The notes under the pieces: model-generated
What the model was told of the DNA's origin: nothing
The model's database searches: none
What the model saw: only the letters and a program-made list of their open reading frames with translations
Assembly: GCA_048128005.1 (NCBI GenBank)
Contig: JBEUKZ010000064.1
Location: 124,001-188,000, forward strand
From: Veleropilina oligotropha
Taxonomy: Eukaryota
Reading direction: 5' to 3'
DNA length: 64,000 bases
Part shown: positions 1 to 13,600 of the stretch, in pieces
Layout: every line of letters begins with the position of its first letter
How positions within the stretch are numbered: the first letter of the stretch is position 1
Translations under genes and position numbers: made by a program

Positions 1-19
1 TGTCCATATTATCACCGGA

Positions 20-460
20 GAGCACCTGGTCGACGCAGGTGAAGCTGCTCTCACCGACCAGTTACTGACATAGTGAGGACCTGGTCGACGCAGGTGAAGC
101 TGCTCTCACCGACCAGTTACTGACATAGTGAGCACCTGGTCGACGCAGGTAAAACTGCTCTCACCGACCAGTTACTGACATAGTGAGCACCTGGTCGACG
201 CAGGTAAAACTGCTCTCACCGACCAGTTACTGACATAGTGAGCACCTGGTCGACGCAGGTGAAGCTGCTCTCACCGACCAGTTACTGACATAGTGAGCAC
301 CTGGTCGACGCAGGTAAAACTGCTCTCACCGACCAGTTACTGACATAGTGAGCACCTGGTCGACGCAGGTAAAACTGCTCTCACCGACCAGTTACTGACA
401 TAGTGAGCACCTGGTCGAAACAGGTAAAACTGCTCTCACCGACCAGTTACTGACATAGTG
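20..460. repeat. 55-bp minisatellite, about 8 copies
   Basis: unit gagcacctggtcgacgcaggtRaaRctgctctcaccgaccagttactgacatagt. Confidence 0.95.
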
Positions 461-486
461 CTCATTCGAGGATTTGAATCCACTCA

Positions 487-1234
487 TGTTAATCATAGCA
501 TACAGGAGCGCGGATTGGAAGCCATGCACTATCCCCTGTTATTCATAGCATACAGGAGCGCGGATTGGAAGCCATGCACTATCCCCTGTTAATCATAGCA
601 TACAGGAGCGCAGATTGGAAGCCATGCACTATCCCCTGTTATTCATAGCATACAGGAGCGTGGATTGGAAGCCATGCACTATCCCCTGTTATTCATAGCA
701 TACAGGAGCGTGGATTGGAAGCCATGCACTATCCCCTGTTAATCATAGCATACAGGAGCGCGGATTGGAAGCCATGCACTATCCCCTGTTATTCATAGCA
801 TACAGGAGCGCGGATTGGAAGCCATTCACTATCCCCTGTTAATCATAGCATACAGGAGCGCGGATTGGAAGCAATGCACTGTCCCCTGTTATTCATAGCA
901 TACAGGAGCGTGGATTGGAAGCCATGCACTATCCCCTGTTATTCATAGCATACAGGAGCGCGGATTGGAAGCCATGCACTATCCCCTGTTAATCATAGCA
1001 TACAGGAGCGCGGATTGGAAGCAATGCACTATCCCCTGTTATTCATAGCATACAGGAGCGTGGATTGGAAGCCATGCACTAACCCCTGTTATTCATAGCA
1101 TACAGGAGCACGGATTGGAAGCCATGCACTATCCCCTGTTAATCATAGCATACAGGAGCGCGGATTGGAAGCCATGCACTATCCCCTGTTATTCATAGCA
1201 TACGGGAGCGCGGATTGGAAGCCATGCACTATCC
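487..1234. repeat. 50-bp minisatellite, about 15 copies
   Basis: unit tgttaWtcatagcatacaggagcgcggattggaagccatgcactatcccc. Confidence 0.95.
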
Positions 1235-1573
1235 ATTCTACCATCGTTGCGGCTTAAACACTGAGGCAATCTCGTCACCCAATACGTAATCTAACTAAGC
1301 AGTGAATGGCAACTGCAATTATGTGTTTGAATGAATACAGCCTAGAGTTTTAATGTTGGAACATGAAGACATATGTTCAAGGTCTACATGTTTCAGACAT
1401 ATTATTGATTGTCGCTGCCTTGACCACACTTGACGCCACATCCCTCAGCCAGATGTCAGATATTACACACTAGCATATGTAATGTTTAAGTGAACTTTCT
1501 AATGACTATAGTTGATTTTCTTTGTTTTTAAATAAATGGGAACACATTTAATGGATTATAATTTGTGTTGCAG

Positions 1574-1699
1574 TCCCTAGCTTCACAGTCTGTAGAGCAA
1601 TTGCCCGATGTTAGCATTGCTAACGTCCCAAAGAAGGAAAAAAAGAAGAGTGTAGGTGGCGTCACTGTCAAAGGCGGAAAAGAGGGACTCGCTGTAGAG
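1574..1699 (+). CDS. ADGB: ADGB exon (SLASQSVEQ...GLAVE), low-complexity insert region
   Basis: ttgcag acceptor, gtaaaa donor, 126 nt, phase 0/0, in frame with the next exon. Confidence 0.65.
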
Positions 1700-4600
1700 G
1701 TAAAAAGCATTTTCATGTCAGTAGAGGTCATTATTTATTTATTTGCCTATGGTGTTCAATGTTGCAAAATGATTTCAGATAAGTTTTGTATTTGTTAAAA
1801 ATTTAGCAATTGCTTGGTATGAATATATATTGCTTGTTATAAATATGGGGGGCATAAAAAAGTTTTGTAAACTGTATTATCATCACTTTTACAAAAATTG
1901 TAGCAAACCATATTAAATTTTTTTACTTTATAGAGTACTGGTAAAGATCGTCGATCAAGCAAGATATCCGGATCTCCCGTGAAGGCCGACCGAAGTCGTA
2001 GCGCCTCGCTGCGTTCCGACTCCAGAACATCTAAACTGAGCGATGCGGAGGATAAAAATAAAGGTAGCTACTTATAATCATTCGACGTTATTGTTCTGAC
2101 CAAAGTGAAGGTTATGAATCTGCTCCTATGATGTCTTTAATTTGTTGTTGACACAATAAAAGTTAAACACTTTATACACCGTTTTTTTATTTTGTAAAAT
2201 ACACTGAATATCAAGATTTAAGATTTTTAGAATCATTAGTTTCTCTATTTATACATGGATATCGATAAAATAATCTTTTTAGTATATGACAATCGATGTA
2301 TTATTCGGCTAAAATTATTATAGAAATTTAATATGAGCCACCGTAACTGAGTTGAGAGCACAAACTTGTTTGAAGAGATTCTGGTTTGATTTTCGGTATC
2401 AGAGATTTTCATTGTGCAAGGCAATAAACATATATGTGCCTCACACAGACAATCAGACTGGGCTCTGGACAGAACTAATCAGTATGGTAAGCATAGTGCT
2501 ATCTGTTGGAATTTGACCGTAATGCTCGTGGAAAGAGTTAATTGAAAGTTCGAGTTAGTAGGCCCATAGCCTGCGAGGTAAATGTGAAGTTGTGTGATGT
2601 CATGTTCACCACGTGGATCAAGACTAAATCAATCTGTATCTTTGAATAACAGGGAAGAGACTGGTCGAAAATAGACTTTTGGACATAATCTCAAGAACTA
2701 TTAAAGATAGGTTGATGAAATTTGGCAAACATTCTGACAGTAGCCCAGGAGCATTCTCTGCCATAAATATGAATGATGTATTATAGGTACTGTATTGATA
2801 AATTTACAATATTGTTTTCTAAAATATTTATGGTGACACCACAGGGAGAAATTCACTTGGCGCATTAACATTTATTTCTTAATTTTTACAGCTGAAAAGT
2901 TAATATAAATGGATGTATTGGGCAACCTGCAAATATGGATATGATATACAGTTGTTCTGTTGAAGAATATATGTCGCCAAGATTAAGTATTTTGGGGGAA
3001 AAAATTAAAACAATCTTAATGGAATATTTTCTTCAACAGAACAACTGTATATCATATCCATATTCAATGGATGTGCAACACATCCATTTATATTCACTTT
3101 TCAGCTGTAAAAATAAAGAAATAAATGTTAATACGGAAACTGAATTTCTCCCTGTGGTGTCACCATAAACCTTAAAAAACAGTTATAAAAAGTATGTAAC
3201 TTTATCAATACATATCATACATCATTCATATTTATGACATATTTGTGAACGCTTTGTACGTACATTCTATCTCACCCTCACATGAGAGTATATGTTGGTA
3301 TATAAAACTCATCATGTCAATTTCAGATGCCAAGAATTCTGTGTCCCCAGCCCCTGTAGCGGACCCTAACAAGCCAGCAGGGGGCTTGTCCGATCCATAC
3401 CAGGAGGTGTGTGAAATAAACGCAGAGACGGGACTGCCTTATGTGAAAGAAGTAGAAGTAGACATACCAAAGGCAAAGAAAGTCTGGGTGGACTTCGACC
3501 ATTTTAGCAAATGTTTTAAGTAAGGACTTAAGAAATTGGATAAGATGTAATAGAGATTCAATGGAATATTCATTATGGTAACATATTCAAGAGTTCATAA
3601 TTATACATTATAAGTTTATTCCTAAAATTACGAACCAATAATACATGTCAACATTTTTAGCTCGCCTGTTCGAAGAACAGTAGAGCTATTGTCATCAGCA
3701 GCTCGTATGTCAGCGTCGGTGTCGGCGTCTCCGGTTTGTGTTAAGGAAAATGTTTAGGTGAAGTTTATCTTCAATAATCTCAAGCAATGACTTTAATTTT
3801 CAATACGTTTATGTTTATGTTCACTCATTACTATGCTATTAATGGTAATAGGCACATTATTGAGGTATTTTTGGGTTGAAACATGCTTTTATATGAACTT
3901 TGATTTTGCATTAAGGAAAATGTTTAGATGATGATTTTTAAACATTTCCTTTCAAGGTAAGTAGTTATATCAGATATAATCAACTTTGTTTATTGGATTA
4001 TGTGAACTATACCAACCAAATACTAATTATAAATTAAGCATGTTACTGGAAAAGTACTCTGGGGATCAAAATGTGATTTTTAACTTCTTTACTTTTGTGT
4101 TAATGTAAATGTTTACATGGAGTATTTTCTGATAACAAACTATAGCAGTTATTATTGAGAATTTGGTTATGCCTGTCACTATTGAGCATGATGCAGTAAC
4201 ATTCTTTGAATGAATATTAATATAAATGATAAATATTAAGTTTATTTGTTTTTTTATATTTATTATGTAAATATTATGTGTGCAGATGAAAGGGACATGT
4301 GCTTATCTGTAAGACTTGCTCACTGCCAATAGGCATACTAAGCTGTTAAAATTAATGGTCACTCTGTAAAGCTGGAATTATAAAAATCGAAAATTAAATT
4401 GATTTTGAAATCTGGCTTCGCATTGGTTCATTCCAATGATTTCTTGAAATGTCAGTATTTGTTGTCATTATACAAGAGCAGACTGTATACAATGTCTAAT
4501 ATCACTCTGGTCAACTGGTCCAGGTTCAAATTATCAGCTAATATTTGAAATAAATACAAAGCAAACCAAACAAATAATTTAAAGATAATGTATTCTATTA

Positions 4601-7600
4601 TTGATAAAGTATTATATATGTGAACACAATCAGTCAAAGGTCAGCTTATATTTCGAAAGAAGCACGTCGGGCGAGCTAAATGGTGGCATTGCGACCATCT
4701 ATTTTTATATTTTTAGCACAAACAGGTGGTATTTAGAATTAAAAATTAACACATTTTCTGAAAAGTTTCCATTTACCCTTTGTATATTAGGTTCATATAC
4801 AAGTTTGTCTTTTAGGTCTGCTTATTTAATTATGATATCGCAGATATGCTCTTTTTACGTAATAAACTTGTCTGTAGTTCTTTCGGGACATCGTATATTT
4901 TCTTATTCATGTTTTCGTTTATGTCTACAGGACCGTCTACATATTCCACAAGACCAACACTTATCCATGCAACGTCAAGCATTCGGATATGAAGGTAATT
5001 GCATATATGTGAATTATAGCTTCCTACTATAATAGTATTATATCTTGTTGAAATAAATTGTCATGAATACAGTTTTGCAATAATATAAATTTCAGAATAT
5101 TTGATCTGTGCTCAATCGAAGAATACTTGTCATCAATGTCATAGCATTTTCATCATAATCTTAATGATAGATAAAACATGTTCAATTTTCTTAAAGTATT
5201 TCAACAGATGATACCTCTTAGGATCAATATATAGTATAACTAGTGTATACCTGTAAAAATTTTATAGGTAGTGTTGTCCGAATAGTTCTTTAATAGTTTC
5301 TATTTAATGGGCATGGAAAGGTTTTGCATGAAACTATACAATGCACTACTACAGGTAGAGTCAAACATTCTAACAATTGTCTATTTTTGTTTCAATGAAG
5401 AATTTGGATAAACAAATTCCGGTGCAGGTTTGTGGTTGGCACGCATTAGATCGATCCATTATTGTTTGTTCTTTAATTATTTGCTTTCTAGGTTTTGTAT
5501 ACGTTCTAGTTTAGTCCTTCATCATCTCAGAGCTCATAGTGTTATTCTCTTCATTTGTAGCATGCTTCTGTATAAGTATTTTTATTTTGTTATCGCTATC
5601 ATTAATTATGTTTAAATGTTTCATCATCCATGCATAATTTACGAGTTCTTTTTTTATAATGATATTTTGTTCATTTATCTGATATGTGAGGTTAGATTGC
5701 AGATTTAGAGAGCATGCATTTAATTTTGTTCTGCTATGCATGCATCAAAACGGACATCCAGACAACAAATTCATTAATAATACAGACAGTTTGTACTTGT
5801 CGTGTTAGTATTTATCAATTATTTTATTATTACTATACATAGTTAATAATTATGTAGTATGTAGTGTATTATTTTACACGTAATGTAGAAACATTAATGC
5901 ATTATATGCTAGCTACTATTTATTATACTTTTATTATAATAGACACTTAATACAGAAAATATCAAAATCAAACATTAACTTAAGTTTTATTACTTTTTCT
6001 TTCGAAATTTTTTTAGAGAACTAATGATAACATAAAAGTTTAATTTACATATAACATAAATAATTCAATGAATAGAACAATTATTAAAATCCTTTGTAAA
6101 TTATTTATTGTGAATGTTGCTTGACTTCTTTCAGTGGGTTCAAATTATCAGCTGTGCGCTTTGTTCAATTAACAGTGACAGTGCATAGGCGGCCGATGTA
6201 CTGTAGGCGGCCGATGTACTGTAGGCGGCCGATGTACTGTAGGCGGCCGATGTACTGTAGGCTGCCGATGTACTGTAGGCGGCCGATGTACTGTAGGCGG
6301 CCGATGTACTGTAGGCGGCCGATGTACTGTAGGCGGCCGATGTACTGTAGGCGGCCGATGTACTGTAGGTGGCCGATGTACTGTAGGCGGCCGATGTACT
6401 GTAGGCGGCCGATGTACTGTAGGCGGCCGATGTACTGTAGGCGGCCGATGTACTGTAGGCGGCCGATGTACTGTAGGCGGCCGATGTACTGTAGGCGGCC
6501 GATGTACTGTAGGCGGCCGATGTACTGTAGGCGGCCGATGTACTGTAGGCGGCCGATGTACTGTAGGCGGCCGATGTACTGTAGGCGGCCGATGTACTGT
6601 AGGCGGCCGATGTACTGTAGGCGGCCGATGTACTGTAGGCGGCCGATGTACTGTAGGCGGCCGATGTACTGTAGGCGGCCGATGTACTGTAGGCGGCCGA
6701 TGTACTGTAGGCGGCCGATGTACTGTAGGCGGCCGATGTACTGTAGGCGGCCGATGTACTGTAGGCGGCCGATGTACTGTAGGCGGCCGATGTACTGTAG
6801 GCGGCCGATGTACTGTAGGCGGCCGATGTACTGTAGGCGGCCGATGTATTGTAAGCAGTTGTTCCTGGGTGAACCATAGAGACATTTGCTTATCTGTAAT
6901 AATCATGGAAACTGGCACCAGTCTCACTGCTGTCGAAAGATGGCTACGAAATGATTGTTCATGCATAAATCATTATGAAGTAACTCTTTCCGTTCATTTC
7001 AGAATATTGCTCCGACGGGGACTAAGGGAGATAAGAAGTCTGCGGTGGCCTCGGGAGCGGTAAATACCTCCTCGTCCAAGACCTCCAACACCCCCACGCA
7101 CGTCCGCGCATCCTCTCCTCCGCACTCTGCCGCTGTGAGTATCGGGCGTCACGTCACTGCAGAGGCGCCCCCTAGTGGGAACGAGAAATAACTCCATAGG
7201 CAGCATAGTTAGGCTGCCAGTTGGAAAACACGTTATAACTCAGTCAGCAGTACTTAGTCAGACTACCATGTTAATGTAGTTGCAACAGATCTATAGGCAT
7301 GATAGATTTAGCTCACATACACTACCCATTATTACAACAAAACATTTAGTAGCTGTTGAAAAAGTTTTGGGTTAATAATCATAATAATCATAAATGTAAT
7401 TAAAATAATTTAAAGTAAAAGTAATGAAAAGGTAATTTTGGTGTTATACCCTGACCTGAAGTTAAACATTAATTTGATTTGCCAAAATTGATTCAAGTTC
7501 ATAGTATTAACATGTTATATTTGCATAGTTTCAGTTTTAATACTATTAAAAAGTGCTCTGTGTAAAAGGTGTCATCAAAACTTGTGTTATATAAACTGAC

Positions 7601-10600
7601 GTAATGATGGGAAGATATATTGATTTTCTGCCTCTTGATGATAAAGGCCCCATTAATGGATAAGAACATGGCTCCCATTAATGAATAAGAACATGGCTCC
7701 CCATTAATGGATAAGAACATGGCTCCCCATTAATGGATAAGAACATGGCTCCCCATTAATGGATAAGAACATGGCTCCCATTAATGAATAAGAACATGGC
7801 TCCCATTAATGAATAAGAACATGGCTCCCCATTAATGGATAAGAACATGGCTCCCCATTAATGGATAAGAACATGGCTCCCATTAATGAATAAGAACATG
7901 GCTCCCATTAATGAATAAGAACATGGCGCCCCATTAATGGATAAGAACATGGCTCCCATTAATGAATAAGAACATGGCGCCCATTAATGAATAAGAACAT
8001 GGCTCCCATTAATGGATAAGAACATGGCTCCCCATTAATGGATAGGAACATGGCTCCCATTAATGAATAAGAACATGGCTCCCATAAATGAATAAGAATA
8101 TGGCGCCCCATTAATGGATAAGAACATGGCGCCCATTAATGAATAAGAACAAGGCTCCCCATTAACGGATAAGAACATGGCGCCCCATTAATGGATAATA
8201 ACATGGCTCCCTATTAATGGATAAGAACATGGCTCCCTATTAATGGATAAGAACATGGCTCCCTATTAATGGATAAGAACATGGCGCCCCATTAATGGAT
8301 AAGAACATGGTGCCCCATTAATGGATAGGAACATGGCTCCCCATTAATGGATAAGAACATGGCGCCCCATTAATGGATAAGAACATGATGCCCCATTAAT
8401 GGATAAGAACATGGCTCCCCATTAATGGATAAGAACATGGCGCCCCATTAATGGATAAGAACATGATGCCCCATTAATGGATAAGAACATGGCTCCCTAT
8501 TAATGGATAAGAACATGGCGCCCCATTAATGGATAAGAACATGGCTCCCTATTAATGGATAAGAACATGACGCCCCATTAATGGATAAGAACATGGCGCC
8601 CATTAATGGATAAGAACATGGCTCCCCATTAATGGATAAGAACATGGCGCCCCATTAATGGATAAGAACATGGCGCCCCATTAATGGATAAGAACATGGC
8701 GCCCCATTAATGGATAAGAACATGGTGCCCCATTAATGGATAAGAACATGGCTCCCCATTAATGGATAAGAACATAGTGCCCCATTAATGGATAAGAACA
8801 TGGCTCCCCATTAATGGATAAGAACATGGCGCCCCATTAATGGATAAGAACATGATGCCGCATTAATGGATAAGAACATGGCGCCCCATTAATGGATAAG
8901 AACATGGCGCCCCATTAATGGATAAGAACATGGCGCCCCATTAATGGATAAGAACATGATGCCCCATTAATGGATAAGAACATGATGCCCCATTAATGGA
9001 TAAGAACATGGCGCCCCATTAATGGATAAGAACATGGCGCCCCATTAATGGATAAGAACATGGCGCCCCATTAATGGATAAGAACATGGCTCCCCATTAA
9101 TGGATAAGAACATGGCTCCCCATTATTGGATAAGAACATGGCTCCCCATTAATGGATAAGAACATGGCTCCCCATTAATGGATAAGAACATGGCTCCCCA
9201 TTAATGGATATGAACATGGCTCCCCATTAATGGATAAGAACATGGCGCCCCATTAATGGATAAGAACATGGCGCCCCATTAATGGATAAGAACATGATGC
9301 CCCATTAATGGATAAGAACATCGGGCCCCATTAATGGATAAGAACATGGCTCCCCTTTAATGAATAAGAACATGACTCCCATTAATGGATAAGAACATGG
9401 CTCCCCATTATTGGATAAGAACATGACTCCCCATTAATGGATAAGAACATGTCTCCCCATTAATGGATAAGAACATGGCTCCCCATTAATGGATATGAAC
9501 ATGGCTCCCCATTAATGGATAAGAACATGGCTCCCCATTAATGGATAAGAACATGGCGCCCCATTAATGGATAAGAACATGGCTCCCCATTAATGCATAA
9601 GAACATGGCGCCCCATTAATGGATAAGAACATGATGCCCCATTAATGGATAAGAACATGGCTCCCCATTAATGGATATGAACATGGCTCCCCATTAATGG
9701 ATAAGAACATGGCTCCCCATTAATGGATAAGAACATGGCGCCCCATTAATGGATAAGAACATGGCTCCCATTAATGGATAAGAACATGGCTCCCCATTAA
9801 TGGATAAGAACATGGCACCCCATTAATGGATAAGAACATGGCTCCCCATTAATGGATAAGAACATGGCACCCCATTAATGGATAAGAACATGGCTCCCAT
9901 TAATGGATAAGAACATGGCGCCCCATTAATGGATAAGAACATGGCACCCATTAATGAATAAGAACATGGCTCCCATTAATGGATAAGAACATGGCGCCCA
10001 TTAATGGATAAGAACATGGCACCCCATTAATGGATAAGAACATGGCGCCCCATTAATGGATAAGAACATGGCGCCCCATTAATGGATAAGAACATGGTGC
10101 CCCGTTAATGGATAAGAACATGGCTCCCCATTAATGGATAAGAACATGGCGCCCCATTAATGGATAAGAACATGGTGCCCCATTAATGGATAAGAACATG
10201 GCTCCCCATTAATGGATAAGAACATGGCGCCCCATTAATGGATAAGAACATGGTGCCCCATTAATGGATATGAACATGGCTCCCCATTAATGGATAAGAA
10301 CATGGCGCCCCATTAATGGATAAGAACATGGCGCCCCATTAATGGATAAGAACATGGCGCCCCGTTAATGGATAAGAACATGGCTCCCCATTAATGGATA
10401 AGAACATGGCGCCCCATTAATGGATAAGAACGTGGTGCCCCATTAATGGATAAGAACATGGCTCCCCATTAATGGATAAGAACATGGTGCCCCATTAATG
10501 GATAAGAACATGGTGCCCCATTAATGGATATGAACATGGCTCCCCATTAATGGATAAGAACATGGCGCCCCATTAATGGATAAGAACATGGCGCCCCATT

Positions 10601-13600
10601 AATGGATAAGAACATGGCGCCCCATTAATGGATAAGAACATGGCGCCCCATTAATGGATAAGAACATGGCTCCCATTAATGGATAAGAACATGGCGCCCC
10701 ATTAATGGATAAGAACATGGCACCCATTAATGAATAAGAACATGGCTCCCATTAATGGATAAGAACATGGCGCCCATTAATGGATAAGAACATGGCACCC
10801 CATTAATGGATAAGAACATGGCTCCCCATTAATGGATAAGAACATGGCGCCCCATTAATGGATAAGAACATGGTGCCCCATTAATGGATATGAACATGGC
10901 TCCCCATTAATGGATAAGAACATGGCGCCCCATTAATGGATAAGAACATGGCGCCACATTAATGGATAAGAACATGGCGCCCATTAATGAATAAGAACAT
11001 GGCTCCCATTAATGGATAAGAACATGGCGCCCATTAATGGATAAGAACATGGCACCCCATTAATGGATAAGAACATGGCTCCCCATTAATGGATAAGAAC
11101 ATGGCGCCCCATTAATGGATAAGAACATGGTGCCCCATTAATGGATATGAACATGGCTCCCCATTAATGGATAAGAACATGGCGCCCCATTAATGGATAA
11201 GAACATGGCGCCCCATTAATGGATAAGAACATGGTGCCCCATTAATGGATAAGAACATGGCTCCCCATTAATGGATAAGAACATGGCTCCCCATTAATGG
11301 ATAAGAACGTGGCGCCCCATTAATGGATAAGAACATGACGCCCCATTAATGTATAAGAACATGGCGCCCCATTAATGGATAAGAACATGGCGCCCCATTA
11401 ATGGATAAGAACATGGCGCCCCATTAATGGATAAGAACATGGCGCCCCATTAATGGATAAGAACATGGCGCCCCATTAATGGATAAGAACATGGCTCCCC
11501 ATTAATGGATAAGAACATGGCTCCCCATTAATGGATAAGAACATGGCGCCCCATTAATGGATAAGAACATGGCGCCCCATTAATGTATAAGAACATGGCG
11601 CCCCATTAATGGATAAGAACATGGCGCCCCATTAATGGATAAGAACATGGCGCCCCATTAATGTATAAGAACATGGCTCCCCATTAATGGATAAGAACAT
11701 GGCGCCCATTCACTCGCTTGACTGCTCTGTCTAACAAGAGTGGGTCTACGGCAGAGCATGCCTTGTTCAATCAACAGGCCCAGTTGTCCATTACTGGCGA
11801 GCGAGAGCAGGTTTTCCCGGGGACCATGCTTTCGTCCTGCGATAATATGGACATGATCTGGTATGAACCTGAAGATTGGTATAAACACGACTTCAATCAT
11901 CTCTCGAAACCAAACCAAATCATGTCAGACTTGGAATACCTATGATGTACTCAAATAGTGATAATGTTGCACTTATTTACTCTGGGTACAATTAATATAA
12001 TGTTAATGTATGGAAGCTGCAGTGACGTGATGGCATCTGTTTGGATACGTAATCTGCCTACTACAGCATAACTTAATCTTTTAACCATTATAATAATCAC
12101 CCTTGCAAACTCTATGCTTTGTGCTTTATCCATCTGCTATTTTACTAGCTTTACCTAGATCTGCTTTAAAATTTTGACTTGGGAATGGTTTGGTTTCCTG
12201 CATAGCATGCATGGTATCATTTACACCATAACACAGTCATATTTTCATTTAATTTGGTTTAAATGTACTTGCCTACATATACTGAGTATATTTTTATATT
12301 CTATATTATTACATAGTATATACACTATTTAGGCAAGAGATTTTGGAGATGGTCACAGTCAATGCCACAAGTTTATATGGCAGTTGTATTTGATATTTAA
12401 GGCTATATCATGTCCGAACCGGACTACTTTTTGGTATTATCTATTTTAATTAAAATGATTATTCAATTATTGAATGCAGTTTAATAATATTATATCAAGT
12501 TAATTTGTGTATTTACTTACATATGCTTGTTTTCCACTTGATGATATAGCTGTTCATTTTACCTCTTTCCTTTACCCTACAAGCAGGCTCCTGGCAGCGA
12601 TGACAAAGCCCCTTACTTTCTCTGTATCCTTTTCTCTCTTGTGTTCCATCATCTGTTGAAACTGAAAGCAATGGAAAAATATATGATGGATTAAGGGTTT
12701 AAGGGTATCTGATTTTGAGAAAGTTAAATAATGTTGCAAATATGGGAATGGAGTCCGTCCGTCTCACTGTTTGGTTGATTGGTGCGGAGTAACATGCATT
12801 TATTTGATGAATGTCCATACATTACTTTTAAGGTGTTGGCAGTACGTAAACGTAATTTCCTCAAAAACCAAATAAAGAAAATCTAAAATTTGTTCTGTGA
12901 AATATTGCTATTATTGTAGCTTTGGATAGGGAATATATCTCTGGTAAAATATCGAATAGACACTAACTCGGAGATAATTATTTTATGTAATGTCTTCGCA
13001 TGGCAATTCAAATTCTGTCCTGTCAGATAAATAGCTTTCATGATGTTCCTAAGTGAGTATGCCTCTTGTATATGGCGATTCTGTTTGTGCTTCCTTAACC
13101 ACCCCTCAGTTGTGGATAACTTAAAGCCGACTGAGATCGTCGTCTCATTCTCGGCTCTCTCACGATGGCATGAACCCCTTACTCCACTGCCAAACATTAA
13201 GGACTCACACACCAGCCTGAAGGGCAAAGATAAGGATGCCGAAAAAGAACCCACGGCCGTATTGAGCAGCAGCCTGTTAGACGGTGAGTAGTGCATCGAC
13301 ATAATGACGCTGACGCTGTTGTTGCAAATCTATATAAAATGTTGTATGCTTCTTATTTTACAAATGCCAAATGGAGTTTTTGAACATGAAAAGGTAAATA
13401 ATTGAATGATTATTTTGCTATTTGTTCACTGAAAATACATGCATTCATGATCAGATATTGAAATATATTTTGTTATCAGAAAATGAATTCAAGTAATCAT
13501 CGGTCCTATACGTATAAAGTATACGGTTTATTTCTTGACCCATGTCGTCTTGAAGAAATCGTTTATTGAGTCAGACCCATTCTGTATGTGAACTATTTAC

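Noticed and set aside
20..1234. CRISPR-like appearance of regular repeats (also 7647-11710)
   Set aside because: Units are contiguous with no unique spacers, there are no cas genes, and the context is a eukaryotic intron
6121..6966. Three long ORFs (CRRPMY, TSAAYS and HRPPTV repeats)
   Set aside because: Artefacts of a stop-free 18-bp minisatellite inside an intron
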